The notes beneath the pieces are model-generated. The model made no database searches. It worked only from the letters and a program-made list of their open reading frames with translations, and had not been told where the DNA came from. A DNA stretch of 64,000 nt from assembly GCA_035651095.1 (NCBI GenBank), contig DASRGI010000190.1:2941-66940 (forward strand), written 5' to 3'. Shown here piece by piece: positions 38,868 to 47,093 of this stretch. Within the stretch, counting starts at the first letter, position 1; the number at the start of each line of letters is the position of its first letter. The DNA comes from Acidimicrobiales bacterium (GTDB taxonomy: Bacteria > Actinomycetota > Acidimicrobiia > Acidimicrobiales > JAUTXP01). The position numbers and the translations under genes are program-made.

Positions 38868-39963
38868 CGCCACGCGCCTGCTGGAGCGCTCGCCGTACCT
38901 CCACGAGGACTACTCGTCCGACCTGGCCCTGTTCCCCTACTCGGCCAAGCGCATCGCCGCCATCGTCATCCTGGTCGCCGCCGCCCTGGCCCTGCCCATG
39001 GTGGCCACCGACTTCATCGTCAACGTCGTCAACTTCACCTTGATCGCGGTGATCGGGGCCATCGGACTGCAACTGCTCACGGGCATGGCCGGGCAACTGT
39101 CGCTGGGCCACGCCGCCTTCCTGGGCACGGGCGCGCTGGTGTCGTCGGGCCTGTGGTTCCACTTCGAGCTCCCGTTCTGGCAGGCCGTCCCCCTGGCCGC
39201 GGTGGCCGGCGGCCTGGTGGGCCTGCTGGCCGGCATTCCCGCCCTGCGCCTACGGGGCCTGTACCTGGGCATCACCACCCTGGCCGTGCAGGCCATCGTG
39301 GCCGTGGCCGGCCTGAAGTACCAGCTGTACCTCCAGCGCCGGTACGGCACCGGTGCCGACCTCAACGTGCCCCGCCCCAACATCGGCTTCTTCACCGTCG
39401 AGACGGTGCGGCAGTGGTACTTCCTGCTGGCCGTGATCGCCTTGGTGGGCCTGGGCTTTGCCGCCAACCTGGCCCGGTCGCGGCTCGGCCGGGACTGGGT
39501 GGCGCTGCGCCGGCGGGAGGTCGTGGCCGAGAGCCTGGGCGTGAACGTGGCCCGCCAGAAGCTCGTGGCCTTCGTGCTGAGCGGCGTGTTCGGTGGGATC
39601 GCCGGCGCCCTGCTCGCCTACTACTTCCGCAACGTCAGCATCGAGGACTTCAACCTGCAACTGTCGGTCGAGTACCTGGCCATGATCATCGTGGGCGGTC
39701 TCGGATCAGTGCAGGGCACGGTGTACGGCGCCGCCTTCGTGACGGCGACGCCGTTCGTGGTGGGCGAGGCCGTCGACCGGTTGGGGCTCACGAAGTCGCT
39801 GGGCGCCAACCTGCGGGGCATCGAGCTGGGTGTGTTCGCCCTGGCCATGATGGCGTTCCTGCTCTTCGAGTCGGACGGCCTGGCCGGCGTGTGGAAGCGG
39901 CTGAAGGCGTACTTCGTGCGCTGGCCGTACCGGTACACGAGCCTGTCGCGGGGATCGCGCTGA
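38860..39963 (+). CDS. Branched-chain-type ABC permease (LivM-like)
   Basis: 367 aa, multi-TM, with GQLSLGHAAFLGTGA. Confidence 0.85.
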   Translation: MSSATRLLERSPYLHEDYSSDLALFPYSAKRIAAIVILVAAALALPMVATDFIVNVVNFTLIAVIGAIGLQLLTGMAGQLSLGHAAFLGTGALVSSGLWFHFELPFWQAVPLAAVAGGLVGLLAGIPALRLRGLYLGITTLAVQAIVAVAGLKYQLYLQRRYGTGADLNVPRPNIGFFTVETVRQWYFLLAVIALVGLGFAANLARSRLGRDWVALRRREVVAESLGVNVARQKLVAFVLSGVFGGIAGALLAYYFRNVSIEDFNLQLSVEYLAMIIVGGLGSVQGTVYGAAFVTATPFVVGEAVDRLGLTKSLGANLRGIELGVFALAMMAFLLFESDGLAGVWKRLKAYFVRWPYRYTSLSRGSR

Positions 39964-40739
39964 TGCTCGAACTGCGGCAGGTGGAGGTCGTCTACAACAA
40001 GCTGGCCACGGCCGTCTCCGGCGTGTCGTTGTCGGTGGAGCAGGGCGCCATCACCACGCTGCTGGGTACCAACGGGGCGGGCAAGACGACAACGCTCAAG
40101 ACCATCTCGGGGTTCCTGCGTTCCGAGAACGCCGACATCACCGAGGGCGAGATCCTCTTCGAGGGCAGGGACATCCGGGGCCTGGCGCCCCACGAGGTGA
40201 GCAAGCTGGGCATCGCCCTGGTGCCCGAGCGGGACAAGGTGTTCGACACGCTCACGGTCGACGAGAACCTGCGGGCTGCGTCAGTCACCAGCGCGGGGGT
40301 GACCGAGGCCTACGAGCTGTTCGAGCGCCTCAACCAGGTGCGCACCCGCCTGGCCGGGTACCTGTCCGGCGGCGAGAAGCAGCTGCTGGCCATGGCCATG
40401 GCCCTGAGCACGAAGCCCCGGCTGCTGCTGGTGGACGAGCTGTCGTTGGGCCTGGCGCCCATCATCGTCTCCCGCTTGCTGGCCGACCTCCAGCGGGTCC
40501 AGAAGGACCTGGGCCTGACCGTGCTGCTGGTCGAGCAGAACGCGGCCGCCGCCCTGCGGGTGGCGAACTACGGGTACGTGATCGAGGACGGGCGCATCGT
40601 GTTCGACGGCGACGCCGACCGCCTCCTGAACCACGGCGACATCATGGAGTTCTACCTGGGCGCCGAGGACGACGAGGGCGAGCGACGGTCGTACCGGGAC
40701 GTGCGCCAGTACCGGAGGAAGCGCCGGTGGTGGGGATGA
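39963..40739 (+). CDS. ABC transporter ATP-binding protein (LivF-like)
   Basis: Its ATG overlaps the upstream stop. Walker A GTNGAGKTT; signature LSGGEKQLL. Confidence 0.85.
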   Translation: MLELRQVEVVYNKLATAVSGVSLSVEQGAITTLLGTNGAGKTTTLKTISGFLRSENADITEGEILFEGRDIRGLAPHEVSKLGIALVPERDKVFDTLTVDENLRAASVTSAGVTEAYELFERLNQVRTRLAGYLSGGEKQLLAMAMALSTKPRLLLVDELSLGLAPIIVSRLLADLQRVQKDLGLTVLLVEQNAAAALRVANYGYVIEDGRIVFDGDADRLLNHGDIMEFYLGAEDDEGERRSYRDVRQYRRKRRWWG

Positions 40740-40755
40740 CGGTGGTGGGGATGAC
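40726..40755. repeat. Exact 15-bp tandem duplication GGTGGTGGGGATGAC x2 at the livF-like/livG-like junction
   Basis: Read directly. It duplicates the overlapping stop/start junction (GGGGATGA). Confidence 0.9.
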
Positions 40756-41554
40756 GGCGCCGGCGGGCGGGCCGATCTTGGAGGTGCGGGACGTCAGCAT
40801 CCGCTTCGGCGGGGTGGCGGCCGTGTCGGACACGAGCTTCACCGTGGGCGACGACGAGTTGGTCGCCCTGGTGGGCCCCAACGGTGCCGGCAAGACGGCG
40901 CTGCTCAACGCCATCTGCGGCATCTACCGGCCGTTGTCGGGAACGATCCTGCTCGACGGTCGCGAGATCCAGGGCAAGCACGTGCACCGCATCGCGGCGA
41001 TGGGCGTGGGACGGTCGTTCCAGCACGCCGAGGTGCTGGAGGAGCTCACGGTCGTCGAGAACCTCCTTGCTGCCCGCCACCTCGCGCTGGGCAGCAACGT
41101 GCTGGCCATGGGGCTGTACTTCGGGCCCTACAAGCGGCGGGAGATCGCGGCCCGGCAGGCGATCGAGGAGGTCATCGACTTCTTCGAGATCGAACGCTAC
41201 CGGCACCAGCACGTCGGGTCGCTGGCGTTCGGCGTGCAGAAGATGGTGGGCGTGGCCCGCGCCGTGTGCATGGAGCCGCGGGTGTTGCTGCTGGACGAGC
41301 CCTCGTCGGGGCTCACCCGGCAGGAGAAGGAGGACTTCGCCCGCTTCCTGCTCCGGCTCCGGTACGACCGCAAGCTGCCCGTGCTGTGGGTCGAGCACGA
41401 CATGCAGATGGTCACCGACCTGGCGGACCGCCTGATCGTCCTCGACTACGGCCGCAAGATCGCCGACGGCGTGCCCAACGAGGTCATGCGCCTCCCCGAG
41501 GTGGCCGCCGCCTACCTGGGCGTGGAGACCGAGGAGCTGGCCGACGGCGTTTGA
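40727..41554 (+). CDS. ABC transporter ATP-binding protein (LivG-like)
   Basis: Walker A GPNGAGKTA, and LEVRDVSIRFGGVAAV. Start ambiguous (GTG 40727, ATG 40736 or ATG 40751) because of the duplication. Confidence 0.85.
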   Translation: MVGMTVVGMTAPAGGPILEVRDVSIRFGGVAAVSDTSFTVGDDELVALVGPNGAGKTALLNAICGIYRPLSGTILLDGREIQGKHVHRIAAMGVGRSFQHAEVLEELTVVENLLAARHLALGSNVLAMGLYFGPYKRREIAARQAIEEVIDFFEIERYRHQHVGSLAFGVQKMVGVARAVCMEPRVLLLDEPSSGLTRQEKEDFARFLLRLRYDRKLPVLWVEHDMQMVTDLADRLIVLDYGRKIADGVPNEVMRLPEVAAAYLGVETEELADGV

Positions 41555-41588
41555 CCGCGCTTCGTACGGTATTTCGGACGAAGCGCGG
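41555..41588. terminator. Perfect 11-bp stem hairpin (CCGCGCTTCGT / ACGAAGCGCGG) between convergent operons
   Basis: Read directly. It starts 1 nt after the livG-like stop. Confidence 0.55.
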
Positions 41589-41603
41589 CCAAAACTCGTG
41601 CGG

Positions 41604-42032
41604 TTAGCGGCGGGCGAGGATGCCGGTGGTGTCGAACGACAGCATCGGCTCGCCGGCTTCGTCCCGCAGCATGAACGCCCAGTTGACGATGCCGTGCCCC
41701 TTGGAGCTGACCCGATGTTCGCCGATGGTGACGGTGGCGCGCACGGTGTCGCCCGGGCGCAGGGGCTTGTACCAGCGCACGCGCTCCATGGCGATGCCGC
41801 CCCGCCCGTCCTCGCCCTGCAACCCCATGTCGAGCCACAGCTGCCACGCCACCGCCAGCGTCATGAACCCCGATGCGATGAGCCCGCCGAACGGGCTGGC
41901 GGCCGCCGCCGCCGGGTCGGTGTGCATGGGCTGGTTGTCGTAGCGCCGGGCGAACTCGATCATCTCGTCCTGTGACACCGTGCGGGTGCCGGACACGAAC
42001 TCCTGCCCCTCCTTGAAGTCCTCGAACTTCAT
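41604..42032 (-). CDS. MaoC-like dehydratase (hotdog fold)
   Basis: 142 aa from the internal ATG of ORF 41604..42731. Contains YDNQPMHTDPAAAAASPFGGLIASG. Confidence 0.8.
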   Translation of the reverse strand: MKFEDFKEGQEFVSGTRTVSQDEMIEFARRYDNQPMHTDPAAAAASPFGGLIASGFMTLAVAWQLWLDMGLQGEDGRGGIAMERVRWYKPLRPGDTVRATVTIGEHRVSSKGHGIVNWAFMLRDEAGEPMLSFDTTGILARR

Positions 42033-43198
42033 GCCCGGCCTCCCGTGAACAACGACGATGACAGTGCGTTCAGCAAGCTCTCGGTGGTGCCGCCCGCGAT
42101 GGTCCAGCCTCGCAGCTGGCGGTACCACAGCTCGGCTGGGTGCTCCCGGTCCCGCACCATGCCCCGCCACCCCTGCAACTGCACGGCCTGCTCGGCCAGC
42201 TGCACGGCCGTGCGGGACGCCAGCAGCTTGGCCGCGGCGGCCTCGCGGGCGGGCGGGAACCGGTGCTCGTCCCGGTCGGCCAACCGGGCGGCCCGGTAGG
42301 TCAACAGCCGGGCCTGCTCCAGTGCCAGCGCCAGCTCGGTGACGCGCCAGCGCAGCCCTTGGAAGTCGGCCAGCGGCTGGCCGAACTGGTGCCGCGACTC
42401 CAGGTGGGCGACGACGTGGTCGAGCACGGCCTGCCCGGCACCCACGCACATGGCGGCGATGCCCAGACGCATGGTGTTGTAGCTCTGCATGGCGGGCTTG
42501 AAGCCCTCGACCACCACGCAGTCGGCCGGCACCACGCAGCGGTCGAAGCGCACCACCGCCTCGGGGATGGCGTTGCCGCCGATCTTGTGCCACGACCGCT
42601 CGACGGTCACCCCGGGTGTAGCCCCGTCGACCAGCACGTACCCCAGGCCCGACAGGCCCGGGCCCGGCCCGCCGGCGAACCGGCCCAGCACCAGGTGGGC
42701 ACCTGCCAGACCGCCCGCGGTCACGAAGCACTTGGTGCCCTCGACCACGACGGTGTCGCCGTCCCGTTCGAACGACGTGGCGACGTCAGCCAACGACGAG
42801 CCTGCGTCCTCCTCGGTGATGGCGATGGTGACGAGCGTCGTGCCCGCCAGCACGCCCGGCAGCAACCGCTTTCGCAACGACTTCGAACCGAGCCGGCTGA
42901 TGGCGTAGGGCGGGCCGTTCAGCGCGATCTGGGCCACCTCGGCGAGCGTGAGCGAGCGGTAAGCGAGCTGTTCCTGGACGACCACCGACGTCAGCCGGTC
43001 GGCGCCCTGGCCACCGTCCTCCTTGGGGAGGGTCAGGCCCAACATGCCGGACGCGGCCAAGGCCTCGACCGACTCGGCCGGGTACCGGGCCTCCTCGTCC
43101 CACCCGTACTCGTCCACGGGCAGCCCGTCCGCCACCGTGCGGGCCCAGTCCCGGGCGGCCACGTGGGCGGGCGTGAGGTCGAGGTCGGCGGCGTCCAT
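42029..43198 (-). CDS. Acyl-CoA dehydrogenase family protein
   Basis: 389 aa from the internal ATG of ORF 42029..43963. Contains ITEEDAGSSLADV, QFGQPLADFQGLRW and a C-terminal IAGGTTESL. Confidence 0.85.
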   Translation of the reverse strand: MDAADLDLTPAHVAARDWARTVADGLPVDEYGWDEEARYPAESVEALAASGMLGLTLPKEDGGQGADRLTSVVVQEQLAYRSLTLAEVAQIALNGPPYAISRLGSKSLRKRLLPGVLAGTTLVTIAITEEDAGSSLADVATSFERDGDTVVVEGTKCFVTAGGLAGAHLVLGRFAGGPGPGLSGLGYVLVDGATPGVTVERSWHKIGGNAIPEAVVRFDRCVVPADCVVVEGFKPAMQSYNTMRLGIAAMCVGAGQAVLDHVVAHLESRHQFGQPLADFQGLRWRVTELALALEQARLLTYRAARLADRDEHRFPPAREAAAAKLLASRTAVQLAEQAVQLQGWRGMVRDREHPAELWYRQLRGWTIAGGTTESLLNALSSSLFTGGRA

Positions 43199-44019
43199 CA
43201 CGCCAGCCCGAACAGGCGAGCGGCGTTGCCCCACATGACGGCCTCGATGGTGGCGGCCTCGTACGGGAGCTCGGCCATCTGGGCGATGAGCCGGGAGGGC
43301 GGCGGGGACGACGGCCAGTCGGTGCCCCACACCACCTTGTCCCGCACCCGGTCCAACTCGGGGAACCACTCGGGCAACCGCTTGGGAGGCAGCCCCGACA
43401 GCTCCATCCACACGTTCTGCCGCATGCGCACGAGGGAGTACACCTGGCTGGTCCAGAACCCCCGGCCGGCGTGGGCGCAGATCAGCAGGAGGTCGGGGAA
43501 GTCGGCCGCCACCTCGTCGACCAGCAGCGGGTCGCAGAACCGCATCTTGGCGCCGGGAAACACCGACGACCCGACGTGCACGAGCACCGGCACGCGCAGG
43601 CGCTCGGCCACCTCGTACAGCGGGTAGAGGGCCCGGTCGTTGGGCGGCAGTTGGTACGTGGCCGGGTGGACCTTCAGCCCGCGTGCCCCGGCGGCGATGG
43701 CGGCCTCGAACCGGGCCCGGGCTCCCGGCTCGGCCCGAGGGTCGTACTGCACGAAGGGCAACAGCATCCCGTCCGACGCGGCCGTGTAGGAGAGCGTCTG
43801 CTCCTCCACGGCCCGCCGCCCGGGCGGGATGGCGATGGCGTGGGTGACGCCCTGGCCCTTGAGGTAGGCGGCCACGCGTGCCCCGTCGACGTCGTGCGAC
43901 AGCAGCTCCATGGTCTTGGGGTCGCTCAGCTCGCTCGCCAGGTGCAAGCCCTCGGGGATCCATTCGCTCGTGGCGCCCACGTGGACGTGGAAGTCGAAGA
44001 CACGCTCGATATCGGCCAT
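43198..44019 (-). CDS. Amidohydrolase-2-type metal-dependent TIM-barrel hydrolase
   Basis: 273 aa, with VFDFHVHVG (HxH), LICAHAG and VVWGTDWP. Confidence 0.75.
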   Translation of the reverse strand: MADIERVFDFHVHVGATSEWIPEGLHLASELSDPKTMELLSHDVDGARVAAYLKGQGVTHAIAIPPGRRAVEEQTLSYTAASDGMLLPFVQYDPRAEPGARARFEAAIAAGARGLKVHPATYQLPPNDRALYPLYEVAERLRVPVLVHVGSSVFPGAKMRFCDPLLVDEVAADFPDLLLICAHAGRGFWTSQVYSLVRMRQNVWMELSGLPPKRLPEWFPELDRVRDKVVWGTDWPSSPPPSRLIAQMAELPYEAATIEAVMWGNAARLFGLA

Positions 44020-44034
44020 GGACCCGGGATATTA

Positions 44035-44050
44035 TCGACTGATCAATCGA
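44035..44050. promoter_or_regulatory. Operator-like site D, TCGACTGATCAATCGA (15 of 16 matches to site A)
   Basis: It lies in the 87-nt divergent region between the amidohydrolase and aldehyde dehydrogenase genes. Confidence 0.6.
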
Positions 44051-44106
44051 GAGTTGGCCTGGGGTTGGCGCAAGCCTGGGGCATGACGACGCGGAGGGGA
44101 AAGGCC

Positions 44107-45480
44107 ATGACGACGTTCACCGTGCGGGCCCCGCACGACCAATCCGTAGTGGGCCGGGTGGAGCTGGACGACGAACGGTCGGTCGACCGCAAGGTCGCCG
44201 CCGCCCAGAAGGCCATGGCCGACTGGTCCGGCCGCAACGCCATGGAGCGGGCCGAGGTCCTCCTGCGCATCGCCTCCGCCACTCGCGACGACATGAGCCG
44301 CCTGGCCCATGCCCTCTCCGTGGAGCAGGGCAAGACGATCAAGGAGGCCTTCCTCGAACTCGACCGTTACGTCGGCCCCTTCGTGCAGTACGCGGGCCTG
44401 GCCACGTCGGTCGGCGGGCGCCGGGTGTCGCTGGGCGGCGGCGTCGAAGGCGTGGTGGAGCGGGAACCGGTGGGCGTGGCCGTGGGCGTGGTGCCGTGGA
44501 ACTTCCCGGCCTCGCTCTTTGCCAGCAAGGCGGCCGCCGCCCTGGCCGCCGGGTGTGGCTTCCTCATCAAGCCGGCCGAGAGCACCAGCATCATCACCAT
44601 CGAGCTGGCCAAGCTGGCCCAGCAGTTCCTGCCCGAGGGCTTGGTGGACGTGGTGGTCGGCGGTGCCGACGTGGGCCGCTACCTCGTCACCCACCCGGGC
44701 GTGGCCCGCGTCGCCTTCACCGGTTCCACCGGCGTGGGCAAGGACATCGCCGCCCACGCGGGGGCCGCGCTGAAGCGCCTCAGCCTGGAGCTGGGCGGCT
44801 GCGACCCCTTCGTGGTGCTGGAGGACGCCAACCTGCGCTCGGCCACCCGCTCGCTCATGGGCACCCGCTTCTACAACGCCGGCCAGGTGTGCGTGGCGCC
44901 CAAGCGGCTGATCGTCCACCGGGCCGTGGCCGACGAGATGATCGACGCCGTGTCCGAGCGCATGGCCCGCATCGTCGTCGGCCCTGGGCGCGACCAGCAC
45001 AGCACCATGGGCCCCCTGCACACCGAGTCGGGCCGGACGAATCTCGAAGCGCAGGTGGCCGACGCCGTGGACAAGGGCGCCGAGTTGGTGGGCGGCGGTC
45101 GGCCCGACGAGCCGGGCACGGCCAGCGGCTGGTTCGTCAACCCGGCGCTGGTGATCGACCCGCCGGCCCATGCCCGGGTGCGCACCGAGGAGACGTTCGG
45201 CCCTGTGCTCACCGTGGTGCGGGTGGACGACGACGACGAAGCGGTGGCCGTGGCCAACGAGACGCCGTTCGGGCTGGGCGCATCGGTGTGGAGCGCGGAC
45301 CTGGGCCGGGCTCGGGCGCTCGCCCGGCGCATCCCTGCCGGGTACACGTGGCTCAACGCGCTGGGCCGGGTGTACGACGAGCTGCCCTTCGGCGGCGTGC
45401 GGGACTCGGGCTTCGGCCGGGAGCACGGCGTGGAAGCGCTCGACTCCTTCCTCGAAGACCGCACCTACGTGATCGGCTGA
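44107..45480 (+). CDS. NAD(P)-dependent aldehyde dehydrogenase
   Basis: RBS GGAGGGGA. Contains VVPWNFP, FTGSTGVGK, LELGGCDP and FYNAGQVCVAPKR. Confidence 0.9.
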   Translation: MTTFTVRAPHDQSVVGRVELDDERSVDRKVAAAQKAMADWSGRNAMERAEVLLRIASATRDDMSRLAHALSVEQGKTIKEAFLELDRYVGPFVQYAGLATSVGGRRVSLGGGVEGVVEREPVGVAVGVVPWNFPASLFASKAAAALAAGCGFLIKPAESTSIITIELAKLAQQFLPEGLVDVVVGGADVGRYLVTHPGVARVAFTGSTGVGKDIAAHAGAALKRLSLELGGCDPFVVLEDANLRSATRSLMGTRFYNAGQVCVAPKRLIVHRAVADEMIDAVSERMARIVVGPGRDQHSTMGPLHTESGRTNLEAQVADAVDKGAELVGGGRPDEPGTASGWFVNPALVIDPPAHARVRTEETFGPVLTVVRVDDDDEAVAVANETPFGLGASVWSADLGRARALARRIPAGYTWLNALGRVYDELPFGGVRDSGFGREHGVEALDSFLEDRTYVIG

Positions 45481-47093
45481 TGGACTTCAGCTTCGCCGAG
45501 GTGCTCGGCGCCCTCGCCGTTCCCTTCGCCGCCAAGGAAGCCGTCGTCGACGGCGAGCGCCGGTTCACGTGGGCCCAGTTCGACGCCCGCACGCGCGGGT
45601 TCGCCGCCTTCCTCGCCAGGCTGGGGCTGCACCCCCGCGCCGAGCGGGCCGACCTGGCCAACCACGAGTCGGGTCAGCACCACCTGGCCATCTACCTCCA
45701 CAACTCGGCCGAGTTCCTGGAGGCACTGGTCGGTGCCACCCGCGCCCGCCTGGCCCCGTTCAACGTCAACTACCGGTACCAGGCCGCCGAGCTGACCTAC
45801 CTCCTCGATGACGCGTCGCCCTCCGTGGTCGTCTACGAGGGCGCCTTCGCCCCCGTGCTGGCCGAGGTGCTGCCCCGGTTGCGGCGCCGCCCGGTGCTCG
45901 TGCAGGTCGACCGGGGCCACGGCGACCTGCTGCCCGATGCCATCCCCTATGAGGCGGCGGTGGCCGCGCACAGCGCCCTGCCCGAGGCCAACGGCGACGA
46001 CCTCTACATCCTCTACACGGGAGGCACGACGGGCATGCCCAAGGGCGTGCTCTGGCGGCAGGCCGACATCTTCGTCACCGCCCTCGGGGGCCGGAACTTC
46101 CGGGGCGGCGGGGCTGAGTGGTCAAGCGTCGAGGACCTGGTGGAGGCCGCCATCAAGCGCCCCGGCCCTCGCCTCCTGCCCGCCCCGCCGTTCATGCACG
46201 GCACGGGCCAGTGGACCGCCCTCCAGGCCCTCGTCGCCGGAGGCACGGCCATCATCCAACCGGGCGCCACCCGCTTCGACCCCCACACCGTGCTCGACAC
46301 CATCGAGCGGGAGCGGGTCGAAGTGCTGGTGATCGTGGGCGACGCCTTCGCCCGTCCCCTGGTGGAGGCCCTCGACGGGAGTGACCGGCACCGGGACCTG
46401 TCGTCGCTCGTCGCCATCGTCTCCAGCGGCGCCGCCGTCACCAGCACGACCAGGGAGGCCATCGCCCGCCTCCTCCCGCACGTGAAGCTGAAGGACGTGG
46501 TCGGGTCGTCCGAGAGCGGGCCCCAGGCCGACGCCCAGGAGGGCCGGGTGTTCGTGCCCCGGCCGGGCACGCTGGTGGTGTCGACCGATCGCGCTCGGGT
46601 CCTGTCGCCGACCGGCGAAGCCGGCGAGGAAGGGTGGCTGGCGTCGTCCGGCCGCGTACCCCTCGGGTACCTGGGCGACCCGGCCAAGACGGCCGACACC
46701 TTCCCCGTCATCGACGGCGTGCGCTTCTCCATCCCCGGCGACCGGGCGCGCTACGTGGACGACGGTGCCATCGAGGTGCTGGGCCGGGACTCCATGACCA
46801 TCAACACCGGGGGCGAGAAGGTGTTCGCCGAAGAGGTCGAGTCCGTGCTGTGCGACCACCCAGCGGTGGCCGACGCCCTGGTGGTGGGCAGGCCCAGCGA
46901 GCGTTGGGGTTCCGAGGTCGTGGCCGTGGTACAGCTCACCAGCGCCACGACCGACACCGAGTTGCTGGCCCACTGCACCGACCACCTGGCCCGCTACAAG
47001 GCGCCCAAGCAGATCGTGTTCGTCGACGCCGTGCGCCGCTCGCCGGCGGGCAAGCCCGACTACGCCTGGGCGTCCGAGGTGGCCAGGGCCTGA
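45480..47093 (+). CDS. AMP-dependent acyl-CoA synthetase (FadD3-like, medium size)
   Basis: Its ATG overlaps the upstream stop. Contains YILYTGGTTGMPKGV, RDSMTINTGGEKV and LARYKAPK. Confidence 0.85.
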   Translation: MDFSFAEVLGALAVPFAAKEAVVDGERRFTWAQFDARTRGFAAFLARLGLHPRAERADLANHESGQHHLAIYLHNSAEFLEALVGATRARLAPFNVNYRYQAAELTYLLDDASPSVVVYEGAFAPVLAEVLPRLRRRPVLVQVDRGHGDLLPDAIPYEAAVAAHSALPEANGDDLYILYTGGTTGMPKGVLWRQADIFVTALGGRNFRGGGAEWSSVEDLVEAAIKRPGPRLLPAPPFMHGTGQWTALQALVAGGTAIIQPGATRFDPHTVLDTIERERVEVLVIVGDAFARPLVEALDGSDRHRDLSSLVAIVSSGAAVTSTTREAIARLLPHVKLKDVVGSSESGPQADAQEGRVFVPRPGTLVVSTDRARVLSPTGEAGEEGWLASSGRVPLGYLGDPAKTADTFPVIDGVRFSIPGDRARYVDDGAIEVLGRDSMTINTGGEKVFAEEVESVLCDHPAVADALVVGRPSERWGSEVVAVVQLTSATTDTELLAHCTDHLARYKAPKQIVFVDAVRRSPAGKPDYAWASEVARA

